From an uncultured Leptospirales bacterium (lineage in GTDB: Bacteria; Spirochaetota; UBA4802; UBA5368): a stretch of 64,000 nucleotides of DNA. A model generated the notes under the pieces. That model saw only the letters and a program-made list of their open reading frames with translations, was not told where the DNA came from and did no database searches. A program made the translations under genes and the position numbers. Shown one piece after another: positions 21,534-31,684 of the stretch (the first letter of the stretch is position 1; every line of letters starts with the position of its first letter). The DNA is taken from positions 1,280 to 65,279 of the forward strand of contig CAZUXY010000019.1 in NCBI GenBank assembly GCA_964624235.1, read 5' to 3'.

Positions 21534-21574
21534 GCATCAGGGAGTCTTTAATTTAAAATGGAATAAGGTACTAT

Positions 21575-22297
21575 ATGAAAAAAGGAATACTCCTCAGCCT
21601 GACCGCACTGTTCATCATAAGCACCCCTCTTGCTTCACAAGAATCAAAAAGCACTTCAAAATGGGTGACTGTGGCCGGGTACTGGCAGACGCGGGTAGAC
21701 CGCAAAGAAGCGTACGTAACTGAAAACGTGGGCAAAACGCTGAACCTGGGCTACAGCGACCTCATCAACCGCAACGCGCTGATCACCCGCGACACGCTGA
21801 AGGAATACACGGCGATCAGGGCGGACATGGTCATCGACAATCCCCGAAAGATGCCGGTGTCGGTGGGCCTTTTTTTCGGTGAAAAGGCGCAGACCGATTT
21901 TTACGCGTTCCGGTTCGAAGGCAATGAAAAATGTATCAATAAAATACTACTGGTCAGATCAAAGGTCAAAGACACCACCCTCCCCTCCATGGCCAAGTGG
22001 AATTTCACCGTCACCGAAGAGGCCACCCTCGAGATATCTCTCCCCTACGGCAAAAAAATGGAGGTGAACGTCGAAACCGACGGTAAAAAAATCACCCTCT
22101 ATCTTGACGGGAAAAAGGTGCTGAAACACCGGGCCGACGAACGGGTCGATTCAGGGCGCATCGGCTTCAGCAACCGCCACGCCCGGCCCCGCATCGCGAA
22201 CCTCAGGGTGTACAACGATAAATCGGTGGTGTTCGCGGACGACTTCAGGGGGGATTCCATCTCTCGTTTCATCATAAAACGGCAACCGGCACGGTAA
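21575..22297 (+). CDS. secreted hypothetical protein
   Basis: Signal peptide MKKGILLSLTALFIISTPLASQ; no recognisable family. Confidence 0.5.
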   Translation: MKKGILLSLTALFIISTPLASQESKSTSKWVTVAGYWQTRVDRKEAYVTENVGKTLNLGYSDLINRNALITRDTLKEYTAIRADMVIDNPRKMPVSVGLFFGEKAQTDFYAFRFEGNEKCINKILLVRSKVKDTTLPSMAKWNFTVTEEATLEISLPYGKKMEVNVETDGKKITLYLDGKKVLKHRADERVDSGRIGFSNRHARPRIANLRVYNDKSVVFADDFRGDSISRFIIKRQPAR

Positions 22298-22312
22298 TAT
22301 AAAACGATCGAT

Positions 22313-22882
22313 TTATTTAATCAAACGCATCACCGCGTCAGGGCTCAGGTTGGAAATGCTGTGTATCGACCCGCTGCCCGTCTTTGAGAAAGCAGACTCG
22401 ACATTCTTCATGACATTGCCCACCCTCTCGGTGGAGGCCATCATGCTGGCCATGATGTTTTCCACCTCAACCTGGAGTTTGGTGAGTTTGTTGATATCGC
22501 CGGTGATGAGGCCGTTGATCCTGTCCATTTTCGTCTGGAGAATGGATGGCGTGAGGGTGTCGCCCGTATAGTCGTACAGCACCTTATGCCCCTCGAATGT
22601 CACCTCGTCCATTATCCTCGAGAGGTTCAATCCGCCCTTCCCTACATCCTCGGCCAGCCGGTTGATGCCCTCACGGACTATCTGGTTTCTGGTGAGGGAG
22701 GTCTGTATCTCGCGCAGTTCTTTCTGTATGCCGTCCAGCCGGGTGTTGAGGCGGTTTTCAATCTTAACCGTATCGGCCTTCAACTCTCCCCGGTCTTTTC
22801 TTTCGAGGGAATCCTCTTCGACCTGTCGCTGGTTGTGTATCTTTTTCGCTGATCCGAGCAGCCCGTCGATTGAAACCTTCAT
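22313..22882 (-). CDS. coiled-coil hypothetical protein
   Basis: 189 aa with heptad-like predicted helices; lies directly downstream of the SMC-like gene on the same strand, 207 nt away. Confidence 0.4.
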   Translation of the reverse strand: MKVSIDGLLGSAKKIHNQRQVEEDSLERKDRGELKADTVKIENRLNTRLDGIQKELREIQTSLTRNQIVREGINRLAEDVGKGGLNLSRIMDEVTFEGHKVLYDYTGDTLTPSILQTKMDRINGLITGDINKLTKLQVEVENIMASMMASTERVGNVMKNVESAFSKTGSGSIHSISNLSPDAVMRLIK

Positions 22883-23089
22883 GATTCACCCTCCATTGCG
22901 TGCGGCGATTCCGGTACCGATACTGCTTTTGATGCTACAATAAAACAGAAAACTTTTTTTGTCAAACAAATATTACCATGCGACATAATAGATTAAGTTT
23001 GCGTTAACACATCATCCACCCGGAGCGTATTTTCAACCGGTCGCACGCATTCTCTTCCCGTGTCCCGTTATTTTAAAAACACCTTACGG

Positions 23090-25849
23090 CTATTGCACCC
23101 CGACGGTCTTCTTTTCGGCCTTCTCCATTCGCAGGGAGAGCACCCTGGACACGCCCGGTTCTTCCATGGTGACCCCGTAAATCGACTGGCCTATGCTCAT
23201 GGTCTTCTTGTTGTGGGTGACGATAACGAACTGCGAGTTGCGGGAAAACTGCTGCATCATTTTAACAAACCTGCCTATGTTCTCCTCGTCCAGCGGCGCG
23301 TCGATCTCGTCCAGAAAGCAGAAGGGCGACGGCTTTACCATGTAGGTCGCGAAGAGCAGGGCCGTCGCGGTCAGCGCGCGCTCGCCGCCCGACAATAGGT
23401 TGATGTTCTTGAGCTTTTTACCGGGGGGCCTCACGAAAATCTCGATGCCGCTCTCCAGTATGTTTTCAGGTTCGGTGAGTTCGAGCGACGCGTTGCCTCC
23501 CTCGAACAGCTGTTTGAATATCTCGGAAAAATTTTTCTGAATCTCCTTGAAGGTGGAAAGCAGCATCTCCACGGATGTTTTATTGATGTCCTGGATCACC
23601 GAGAGTATATCCTCCCTGGCCTTCTCGATGTCCTTGCGCTGATCGATGTAATATTCGAACCGTTTCTTGAGATCGCGGTATTCCTCGATGGCCAGGTTGT
23701 TTATGGGCCCCAGTTCCTGTATCCGTTTTTTCAGGTCCTGAATGTTATGCTGTATGCCGGCAAGCTGCGATTCGTCGAGGGTGACATCTTTCATCTCGCC
23801 GGCCTTTTTCTCGTATTCCGTCCAGATGTATTCTTCAATGCTGTTCAGTTTGAAACCGGTCTCCATCAGGGACTTCTCATGTTCGCTTATACGCTCGATG
23901 AGTTTTTTCAGCTGATCGCTTTCCTTCCTGGTAACATCTTTCCTCCGCTGGATACGTTTCTCCACCTCGTTCCGCCTGTCGGTGGAGTCCGTAATGCTCT
24001 TTTTCAGGTTCTCGCTCTTTTCGTTGAAATCGATAAGGCTTGCTTCCCATTCTCCTATTTCTTTCTCCAGGTTTTCAATGATCCGGTCTGACCGCGCCAT
24101 GTCCTCATTGTAATGCCCAATCTGCCGCTGGACATCCATGACCTGCTGTTCCAGGGATTTGATGTGCTTTTCCGTCCAATCCCGCTCGGTCTCGTTGCGC
24201 GACAGGTCCTTTTCTATCTTCATTATCATGGAATTGATGTTTTCCAGTTCGGTCTGGTCTTCATCTATCTTTCTTTCCAGTTCGCCGATCTCGTGGCTGA
24301 GTTCGTAGTTTAAGCTCTCCATCTCCCTGATGCTCCGGTCGAGCTGTTCCTTCTCGGCGTGGACCCCGGTTTTATCGAAGAGTATGGATCTGAACCCGTC
24401 TTCGAAACTCTCGAAGAGCACTATATCGCCGCGCAGGCCGCGTAGATCTATCGACAGCAGCGCCATGCGCGCATCATCGACATTATTCGCTTCTATGAGC
24501 CTGAGCGCATCCGCCAGGACCTTCTCCAGCGATGTCAGCGTTTCATCGATGCGGTCCCTCACTCTTTTGCGTTCCTCCTCCGAGCCGGAGAGTTCCGCCT
24601 TGCGCCGCTCGATGGCGTCGATAAGTCGTTTTATCACTTTCTCCAGTGTGCCCCTGAGGGTTTCGATTTTACCGTCATTTTCTTTTATCGATTTCCGGTC
24701 AGATTCTATTCTGTCACGCGAGTCGCTGATCGAACGGATTTTTCGTTTACGCATCTCGAATATGTTCTGCAAACGTTCCCGGTCTTCCTTTATTTTCTTT
24801 CCGATCTCGACCCCGGCCTCCCGGCTGCGCTTCATGTCCGCCTGGAGCCGCTCAAGGTTCCTGCCGCGCTCATCGATGTTCTTCTGGATACCCGTCTTTC
24901 GCTGGCGGTGCTCCTCTATCAGCCTGCGGTTCTTTTCGGTCCTGGAATCTATATCCTCAACCTTGATGCGGTAGGTATGGAGCTTCTTGTCCAGTTCAAA
25001 GAGTTCGAGCTGTATGTCGTTTTTGTACTTTTCGTCCTTTTCATTCTCCGACGTGATCTTCGACATCCTGGCCGACAACGCTTCCCTTTCATTTTTCAGA
25101 CGCTCTTCATCCAGCCGCTGCTTTTCTTTTTTCCTGCTGAGTTCGTTGAACCGTATAAGATTGAGTTTGATATCGTTTTCTTTCAATTCCGCGACCAGGG
25201 TGAAATACACCTTTGTTTTTTCCGCCTGCTTTGCTTTAAGGTCTTTTTCCCTTTCAATTTCCTTTATTATATCATTGATCCGTTCAAGATTGGCGCCGGT
25301 CTCTTCAAGTTTCTTCAGGGATTCTTTTTTCTGAAATTTATACCGTGAAACGCCTGCCGCCTCTTCGAAGATGTACCTGCGGTCCTCCGCCCTGGTGGAG
25401 AGGATCATGTCGATCTTGCCCTGTTCCATCACCGAATAGGCCGATTTACCTATTCCGGTGTCCATGAACAGCTGTTCGATATCTTTGAGTCTTACAGGTG
25501 ATTTGTTGATCAGGTATTCCGATTCCCCGTCGCGAAACACCCTCCGCGCGACCGTCACCGCATCCGAATCCAGCGACAGTATCCTGTTGCTGTTGTCTAT
25601 GGTAAGGGACACTTCGGCAAGGGAAAGGGGTTTGCGTCCGTCGGTACCGGTGAAGATGATGTCTTCCATCTTCTCACCGCGGATGTTCTTTGCCTGTTTC
25701 TCGCCCAGCACCCATTTGATGGCATCGACGATATTGGATTTGCCGCAGCCGTTGGGCCCCACGATTACGGTTATCCCGGGTTCGAATATAACCTGGGTTT
25801 TGTCCGCAAAGGACTTGAACCCGAATATGTCCATCGATTTAAGGAACAT
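23090..25849 (-). CDS. SMC-type chromosome-segregation ATPase with reduced hinge (919 aa)
   Basis: N-terminal SMC head (MFLKSMDIFGFKSF..GPNGCGKSN, FEEAAGVSRYK) and C-terminal SMC head (LLSGGERALTATALLFA...LDEIDAPLD...VIVTHN). The central part is long coiled coil with only an about 45-aa non-helical segment and no Gly-rich hinge motif. Confidence 0.75.
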   Translation of the reverse strand: MFLKSMDIFGFKSFADKTQVIFEPGITVIVGPNGCGKSNIVDAIKWVLGEKQAKNIRGEKMEDIIFTGTDGRKPLSLAEVSLTIDNSNRILSLDSDAVTVARRVFRDGESEYLINKSPVRLKDIEQLFMDTGIGKSAYSVMEQGKIDMILSTRAEDRRYIFEEAAGVSRYKFQKKESLKKLEETGANLERINDIIKEIEREKDLKAKQAEKTKVYFTLVAELKENDIKLNLIRFNELSRKKEKQRLDEERLKNEREALSARMSKITSENEKDEKYKNDIQLELFELDKKLHTYRIKVEDIDSRTEKNRRLIEEHRQRKTGIQKNIDERGRNLERLQADMKRSREAGVEIGKKIKEDRERLQNIFEMRKRKIRSISDSRDRIESDRKSIKENDGKIETLRGTLEKVIKRLIDAIERRKAELSGSEEERKRVRDRIDETLTSLEKVLADALRLIEANNVDDARMALLSIDLRGLRGDIVLFESFEDGFRSILFDKTGVHAEKEQLDRSIREMESLNYELSHEIGELERKIDEDQTELENINSMIMKIEKDLSRNETERDWTEKHIKSLEQQVMDVQRQIGHYNEDMARSDRIIENLEKEIGEWEASLIDFNEKSENLKKSITDSTDRRNEVEKRIQRRKDVTRKESDQLKKLIERISEHEKSLMETGFKLNSIEEYIWTEYEKKAGEMKDVTLDESQLAGIQHNIQDLKKRIQELGPINNLAIEEYRDLKKRFEYYIDQRKDIEKAREDILSVIQDINKTSVEMLLSTFKEIQKNFSEIFKQLFEGGNASLELTEPENILESGIEIFVRPPGKKLKNINLLSGGERALTATALLFATYMVKPSPFCFLDEIDAPLDEENIGRFVKMMQQFSRNSQFVIVTHNKKTMSIGQSIYGVTMEEPGVSRVLSLRMEKAEKKTVGVQ

Positions 25850-26253
25850 GAGATTTATGCCGCCGGATGTTATTTACCCAAAAATGTATTCACCTACAGA
25901 ACGCGGTCGGAATCAACCCGCACAACGGCACTCGCGACGATCACCGGAGCTGTCCCGGTGTGAATACACGTCTCAAACCCGAATGCGTCCGATCGGATGC
26001 CAAACAGGATGACGCAACGCATCACCGGTTCCATGAGCAATGAATGTTTCGTATGACCCGCCGGAAAGGTTCACAACCATGAGAAACTCTTCGGTTAAAA
26101 TGCTATTTGAAAAGACGATACCCCGTTTAGGCAAGTATATTTTAAAAAAATTCTTATTGAGATTGACAAAGGCCTGATAGTGCGGTATCTCATAGGAACC
26201 AGTAACCTGTGGTTTCAACAAAACCCTCGGACACCACACCAGGAAATCCCTGT

Positions 26254-26820
26254 ATGCCGAAGACCGACTACATTAAGGCTGTATTCGTCAGCACGGTGTA
26301 TACCGGGCTGCTGTGCATCCAGTTCGCTTCCTGCGCTTCCGCCGGTAAAGTCAAACAGTATAAATTTTCGACCGAACTGGCGGGCACGACCAGGGAGTAT
26401 GTCCTTTCCGGGGAACCGATCGACAGGGGCGATACTTACCGGGTTTTCTTTACCCTTTCACAGCAGGAGGAATGCATCAGGATCAGCATCAATGCGAAAG
26501 AGATTTATAAGGACTTCCGTTTTGTGGAAAACCATCCGCGCATTTACTTCATTATTGAAAGGGCCGTCGATATACGGAAATTCCGGCAGAAGGACAGGGA
26601 TTTCATTTTTTCGGAGCTTGCCGCAAACTACACGTCAAACTGGGAACACCTGGAATACCTTTTGTTGTGCGGCGCCAGGGAGGGACCGTTGAAAATACTG
26701 GCGCCGGGTACCTACCGCCTTCGGTTCTCTTCACTGGGCGGCGAAAAATTCAGTTATACGATTAAAATCGAGTCTGACAACGCCCCGGTGGTTTTTTCGG
26801 AAATATTTTCGGCGGAATAA
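26254..26820 (+). CDS. hypothetical secreted/lipo-protein
   Basis: Internal ATG at 26254, preceded by AGGAAA, chosen over a GTG at 26209. Hydrophobic N-terminus ending in FASCASAG. Confidence 0.45.
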   Translation: MPKTDYIKAVFVSTVYTGLLCIQFASCASAGKVKQYKFSTELAGTTREYVLSGEPIDRGDTYRVFFTLSQQEECIRISINAKEIYKDFRFVENHPRIYFIIERAVDIRKFRQKDRDFIFSELAANYTSNWEHLEYLLLCGAREGPLKILAPGTYRLRFSSLGGEKFSYTIKIESDNAPVVFSEIFSAE

Positions 26821-26876
26821 AATAATTCTGCTCTTTTTCCGAAAGAGCGGATACTATCTGATATACATTCACCGCG

Positions 26877-27284
26877 ATGAAGCATTACGACTATATCGAA
26901 TCGGAAGATCTCTACGAACTCGCCCTGGAATGGATCAAGCGGAAAAATACGGAAAAAGCGGAACTGTATCTGCGCAGGGTGATATCGCTCAATCCCAGGT
27001 TCATATACGCCTATATAACCATGGCCCGTCTGTACGGCAGAAAAAAAAATTTTTCAATGGCGATAAGCACCATCAAGAAAGCCCGCAATCAGGACCCGGA
27101 TTTCGACCGGCTTGATTACCTGCTGGCAAAATACGCATACAAGGCGGGCGATTACCGTCTGGCGTTAAGGTATATAGACGGGGCCCTGGCAAAAGCCGGT
27201 CAGCCCCTGTATATCAAAAGCCGAAGTATCATACTGAAGGCGGTCCAGGGGCTCGATTTCAATACGCGGTTGAAACAAAAATAG
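26877..27284 (+). CDS. TPR-repeat protein
   Basis: 135 aa with 3 TPR-like units (LYLRRVISLNPRFIYAYITMARLY...). Confidence 0.5.
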   Translation: MKHYDYIESEDLYELALEWIKRKNTEKAELYLRRVISLNPRFIYAYITMARLYGRKKNFSMAISTIKKARNQDPDFDRLDYLLAKYAYKAGDYRLALRYIDGALAKAGQPLYIKSRSIILKAVQGLDFNTRLKQK

Positions 27285-27362
27285 AAAAAAGGCGTGGTGT
27301 TTACAGGAAACCGGATAATATTGTAAATACAATAATTTCGTAAAAAAGCAAACGATAAAATA

Positions 27363-27391
27363 TTGACACTTGGCGGTGCAGGTTTTAACAT
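27363..27391 (+). promoter_or_regulatory. sigma70-like promoter (TTGACA-17nt-TAACAT)
   Basis: A TTGACA hexamer at 27363-27368, a 17-nt spacer, then TAACAT at 27386-27391, about 75 nt upstream of the ATG at 27468 that has a GGAGGA ribosome-binding site. Confidence 0.4.
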
Positions 27392-27467
27392 ATACGGCGA
27401 CCCCTGAAAAGAAAATAAAGGGTCCCGATAAAAATATAACAACCAATTAAATTATCAGGAGGATTTA

Positions 27468-28298
27468 ATGAGAACGAAAACTCTCTCTCTCGTTCTAACT
27501 GCATGTGTACTTTCTCTTTGCGTTTTCGCTTTCGGAAACAACGCTCACGCCGTCGCCTTCAGAAGCCCCAGCCTGGGCGGCGCGACCGGATTGATCATGA
27601 CCCCGACGGCCCGTACCGGATGGGAAGGCGCCAACCTGGGACTGGACCTGGGGATGGGCTACACCGGCCTGGGTGACGACTCATGGCTTCCCAAGGCGAC
27701 GCTGCAGCTCTTTGACCGCTGGGAACTGGGCGCCATGTATGAACTGCTGGGCGAGGACGGCGACAACGACCAGGAGCAGAACGACCTGTACCTGCACACC
27801 AAATTCCGTATTTTCCCCTGGTCGGGTTCATCCAACTCCGCGCTGGCCATCGGCGTGAACTACCAGAGCCTGAAATACAACGACGAAAGCTACACTGCCT
27901 ACCAGTTCTATCTCGCGGCGACTTACAGCGGCGACTTTTTCGGCATGCCCGCAGAAACCACCATCGTCTTCGGCAAAACCCTGGGCGACGATGAAGTCGT
28001 GGCCGACGACAACTGGGACTTTTCAATGGGATTCGACCTGGATCTCTTCCCCAAGGTGTTTCAGCACTATGTGCACTGGATAAACGACTTCTCGAACTAT
28101 ACGTATACGGTGGACCCGCTGCGTAATGTTTCGGGTTACCGCGGCTGCTTCAATACCGGCATCCGCATCGCCGCCTTCAAGGGACACCGCAAGTATAAAC
28201 TGAATTTCGACGTCCTGGTGCTCGACGTGCTTGATGATCCCGACTACAGCCCCGGGCGTGAACTCGCCGCCGCGGTGACCTTCGGTCTGGCTATCTAA
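27468..28298 (+). CDS. secreted protein, possible outer-membrane beta-barrel (hypothetical)
   Basis: Signal peptide ...NNAHA; alternating hydrophobic beta-strand-like pattern. Confidence 0.5.
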   Translation: MRTKTLSLVLTACVLSLCVFAFGNNAHAVAFRSPSLGGATGLIMTPTARTGWEGANLGLDLGMGYTGLGDDSWLPKATLQLFDRWELGAMYELLGEDGDNDQEQNDLYLHTKFRIFPWSGSSNSALAIGVNYQSLKYNDESYTAYQFYLAATYSGDFFGMPAETTIVFGKTLGDDEVVADDNWDFSMGFDLDLFPKVFQHYVHWINDFSNYTYTVDPLRNVSGYRGCFNTGIRIAAFKGHRKYKLNFDVLVLDVLDDPDYSPGRELAAAVTFGLAI

Positions 28299-28321
28299 CC
28301 GGGAAAACCGCAATAACGAAA

Positions 28322-28360
28322 GCGGCGGAATTGTATTTCCGCCGCGTGTTTCTTATTTAT
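28322..28360. terminator. intrinsic terminator hairpin between convergent genes
   Basis: Perfect 9-bp stem GCGGCGGAA/TTCCGCCGC with a 6-nt loop at 28322-28345, followed by GTGTTTCTTATTTAT. Lies between the + gene ending at 28298 and pyrE (-) ending at 28411. Confidence 0.5.
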
Positions 28361-28410
28361 CCAGGCGACGGGCATCTACCGTCGCTTTTGTTGTTTTTAT
28401 ACCGGTGCGG

Positions 28411-28977
28411 TTATCCCCGTCTTCTCCGGTCGAAATCCTCTCGTCTGAAAAGAGAACGTACGACGACCCCGGTGTCCTCGATGTTTTCCCTTCCGCCTTC
28501 CTCACGGTCTATGATGACCGCCGCGCATACAACCTCAAGACCCGACTCCCTCATGCGCTCGATCGCCGTAATGGTGGATCCCCCGGTGGTGATTACATCG
28601 TCGATCGCTATCACTTTTTTCACCCCCGCCAGCCGCCCCTCGATCCATTTCTGGGTGCCGTGCTTCTTGGGTTCCTTACGCACGATAAGGGGAAAAATTG
28701 TGCGGCCCTGCCGGTGGGCCTCGATGCTGGTGCAAAGAGCGATGGGATCGGCCCCCAGTGTAAGTCCGCCCAGCGCGTCCGCGTCGACATCACCGATCAG
28801 CCCGAACATCGCCTCACCGAGGAGGCTCAGACCCGCCGGGTCCAGCGTGACCGCTTTACAGTCGAAATAATAGGGGCTCTCCTTCCCGGAAACCAGTTTA
28901 AAGGGAGGGTCCTCGCGATACATGAATGAATTTTCGTACAGCAGCCCGAACAGGCGTTCTTTAGCGGTGGATTGCAT
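28411..28977 (-). CDS. pyrE: orotate phosphoribosyltransferase
   Basis: PRPP-binding motif VIAIDDVITTGGST and type-I PRTase length of 188 aa. Confidence 0.85.
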   Translation of the reverse strand: MQSTAKERLFGLLYENSFMYREDPPFKLVSGKESPYYFDCKAVTLDPAGLSLLGEAMFGLIGDVDADALGGLTLGADPIALCTSIEAHRQGRTIFPLIVRKEPKKHGTQKWIEGRLAGVKKVIAIDDVITTGGSTITAIERMRESGLEVVCAAVIIDREEGGRENIEDTGVVVRSLFRREDFDRRRRG

Positions 28978-29019
28978 CGGTTTCTCCTGAAATTATTTGT
29001 GCCTTCGTAAATCAGTACA

Positions 29020-30306
29020 CTATTCCTTTTCATATCTTTTCGGCCATAACTTTTTCAGCCTTTCTTTTATCGCTTTCTCGCTCCCTTCGTCGGAAGGGCG
29101 GTAAAACACCTGGTTTCCGAGCGACTCCGGCAGATAGTCCTCTTTAACGAAATGACCGTTGAAATCATGGGGATATTTATAACCCCGCGCGTACCCCATC
29201 TCCTTCATGAGACCGGTGGGAGCATTGCGCAGATGCGGGGGGATAGGGATGGAAAAATCACCGGCGAATTCCCTGGCCCTGTTCAGCGCCATGTATGAGG
29301 CGTTGCTTTTGGGACATGAGGCCAGAAAGGTCGCCCCCTGGCTGAGGATGATCTCCGCTTCGGGCGGACCGATATTCTGTACGGCAAGGAATATCGATGT
29401 GGCGATGCCGATGGCCTGGGGTGACGCGTTTCCCACGTCTTCAGACGCGAAAATCACCATCCGGCGCGCGATGAATTCCGGGTCTTCTCCGGCGGTCAGC
29501 ATCCGGGACAGATAAAAGACCGCGGCGTCGGGGTCAGAACCCCTCATGGACTTTATAAAGGCCGAAATGGTGTCGTAATGCCGGTCTCCCGCACGGTCAT
29601 AGTAGACCACCACGTTTTTCAACGCTTCTTCGAGCACACGGGCGTCGACGGTGTTCCCTTCCGCTATAATGAGAGACTGCTCAAGTATATTCAGCATCCT
29701 TCGCGCGTCACCCTGGGCGATTTTCACCAGTTTGTCGCGTATATCGTCGTTGAGGGTTATTCCCGCATCAACCAGTATGGTGTCCTTTTCCAGGGTACTT
29801 TTCAGAATCGCATGCAGGTCGTTTTCCGTCAGGGGATACATCCTGATTACCCTCACACGGGAAAGCAGCGGGGCAATAACCTGAAAGGAAGGGTTTTCCG
29901 TGGTCGCCCCTATCAGCACGATGTCGCCCGATTCGACGGCACCCAGCACCGCGTCCTGCTGGGTTTTCGTGAAACGATGAATTTCGTCCAGGAACAATAG
30001 TGTCTGGGCGCCCGCCGCGATATTTCCCCTCCCCCGCTCAATGACCTTTCTCACCTCCGCCACGCCGGAAGAGATTGCGCTGAGAAAATGCGCTTCCATT
30101 CCGCAATGATCGGCGATCAATCTCGCCAGGGTGGTTTTTCCGCAACCCGGTTCGCCCCAGAGGATCATGGAAAAAGCGGTCTTTTTTTCCATGAGCTTTC
30201 TGATTATTTTCCCCTCAGCCAGCAGGTGAGACTGCCCTACGAAGTCTTCCAGCGTAACGGGCCTGCGTCGCTCAGCCAGAGGCCGTATTTCTTTGCCTGT
30301 ATCCAT
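29020..30306 (-). CDS. rarA: replication-associated recombination protein A (AAA+ ATPase RarA/MgsA)
   Basis: Walker A GEPGCGKTTLARLIA, Walker B LFLDEIHRF and a MgsA C-terminal domain. ATG at 30306 (MDTGKEIRPL) chosen. Confidence 0.85.
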   Translation of the reverse strand: MDTGKEIRPLAERRRPVTLEDFVGQSHLLAEGKIIRKLMEKKTAFSMILWGEPGCGKTTLARLIADHCGMEAHFLSAISSGVAEVRKVIERGRGNIAAGAQTLLFLDEIHRFTKTQQDAVLGAVESGDIVLIGATTENPSFQVIAPLLSRVRVIRMYPLTENDLHAILKSTLEKDTILVDAGITLNDDIRDKLVKIAQGDARRMLNILEQSLIIAEGNTVDARVLEEALKNVVVYYDRAGDRHYDTISAFIKSMRGSDPDAAVFYLSRMLTAGEDPEFIARRMVIFASEDVGNASPQAIGIATSIFLAVQNIGPPEAEIILSQGATFLASCPKSNASYMALNRAREFAGDFSIPIPPHLRNAPTGLMKEMGYARGYKYPHDFNGHFVKEDYLPESLGNQVFYRPSDEGSEKAIKERLKKLWPKRYEKE

Positions 30307-30600
30307 CGGTAAAATAATTTTTTCCCGTAATGAGCGGCAAACAAACGCCACGCATGTACCTGGGCGCAATGAATTCCCACTGCGGGTTTCCGCATTGAGT
30401 TCATTGATCGTACTGTTTACTTTATGAAAGATTGCGTACCAATGCGCAAGTTCTTATTATACCTGCCGGTACTTTTAAAGATCATGGTGTATATTTCCCG
30501 GTCATACCAAGTCAATAAAAGTAAAATCCCGCTGACCATTCACGGCAAGGCATGTTCTGCGCATCAGACCATCCTGACACCGCACCTGTGCAATCCCGGT

Positions 30601-30633
30601 AAAATAAAAAATCCGGCATAACCGGATTTTTTT
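30601..30633 (-). terminator. intrinsic terminator downstream of rpsU (A-tract/T-tract flanked, bidirectional-capable)
   Basis: Stem ATCCGG/CCGGAT with loop CATAA, flanked by AAAAAA on one side and TTTTTTT on the other; 24 nt after the rpsU stop. Confidence 0.55.
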
Positions 30634-30656
30634 CGTAGTCTTCAACTTTTCGATGA

Positions 30657-30926
30657 TCAACTCTTGTCTTCTTCAGTCTGTTCTTTCGCTACGACCCTCA
30701 CGTTGGTGAACTTTCTACCCCTGCTCTGGGCGGCGAATCTTCTGATCTTCTTGATGCGGCGGCGCTCAGCTTCTTCTTTCTTGCGTTTTTTCTCTTCACT
30801 GGGTTTTTCATAATAACGCCTGCGCTTGAGCTCTTTGAAAATACCCTCGAACGCCATTTTCTTCTTCAGATTTTTAAAGGCCTTTTCGATGTCGCCGTTC
30901 ACATCGACTTCTATTGGTGTAGGCAT
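30657..30926 (-). CDS. rpsU: 30S ribosomal protein S21
   Basis: N-terminus MPTPIEV..., basic S21 core (FKELKRRRYYEKPSEEKKRKK) and a short C-terminal extension. Confidence 0.8.
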   Translation of the reverse strand: MPTPIEVDVNGDIEKAFKNLKKKMAFEGIFKELKRRRYYEKPSEEKKRKKEEAERRRIKKIRRFAAQSRGRKFTNVRVVAKEQTEEDKS

Positions 30927-31141
30927 CAGTGTATCACATCCCTTTGGTTAAGATTTCGTACGACAATACGAAGAGAGTATATTTTGTCAATATAAAAAAA
31001 TCCGCGACTTGAAAACCCAGTTCCCCGCCGCCGGCAAAGGTGGTGTGGATCCCATACCGACCGCGGAAAATAAATCAGGGGGGATAATCACACGGGCTGG
31101 TGTCCCCGCTGGAATCTTTCCCCCCTTCACCACGGGTGGTA

Positions 31142-31684
31142 CTACTTGATCAGTTTATCTATAAGCTCAATAATCGTATTAATCTCCGCTCCCCGTATGG
31201 CGCCCTTCTTTACATACTTAACTTTTTTATCCGCGCCGATCAGGATGAAAACCGAGGTATTATTACAGTCACCCAGCCCCCACTGCTTGGCAATGATGCG
31301 GTCGGGATCGGTGAGTATGGTGGTGTTATATTTCTTTATCTTGCCCTGTATAATCCTTCGTATGAGGAAATTCGGCGCCTTTGAGTCGGCCAGGTTGGCA
31401 ACGCCCATCCCTTTGTATTTTGCTTCAGGAAATTTCTTCGCTTTGATGGCGTCGGCCAGAGGATCGTTGACGTCCGCGGCATCCGCATCGTTGTAGAAAA
31501 TGGAGATCAGTTTTGTTCCGAGCAGCGGTATGGTTGCCGGTTTGTTGTTGGCATCCATTATCTGTACGTTGGATACAACCTGTCCCACGGTAAGCGCGTA
31601 GACCGCCGCACCGGAGAAAATAACCAGCACCGCCAGGCAGATAATGAAAAACAATGACGTACTTCGTGTTTTCATCTGAAGCAT
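31142..31684 (-). CDS. YtfJ-family periplasmic protein
   Basis: Signal anchor; core pattern GQVVSNVQI ... AIKAKKFPEAKY ... ILTDPDRIIAKQWGL ... FILIGADKKVKYVKKGAI resembles E. coli YtfJ, compared from memory. GAGGGGG ribosome-binding site before the ATG at 31684. Confidence 0.55.
   Translation of the reverse strand: MLQMKTRSTSLFFIICLAVLVIFSGAAVYALTVGQVVSNVQIMDANNKPATIPLLGTKLISIFYNDADAADVNDPLADAIKAKKFPEAKYKGMGVANLADSKAPNFLIRRIIQGKIKKYNTTILTDPDRIIAKQWGLGDCNNTSVFILIGADKKVKYVKKGAIRGAEINTIIELIDKLIK

Noticed and set aside
26830-26856. Small hairpin (GCTCTTT/AAAGAGC) after the 26254-26820 gene.
   Set aside because: Short stem, no downstream U-tract, and only 50 nt before the next co-directional gene; probably insignificant.
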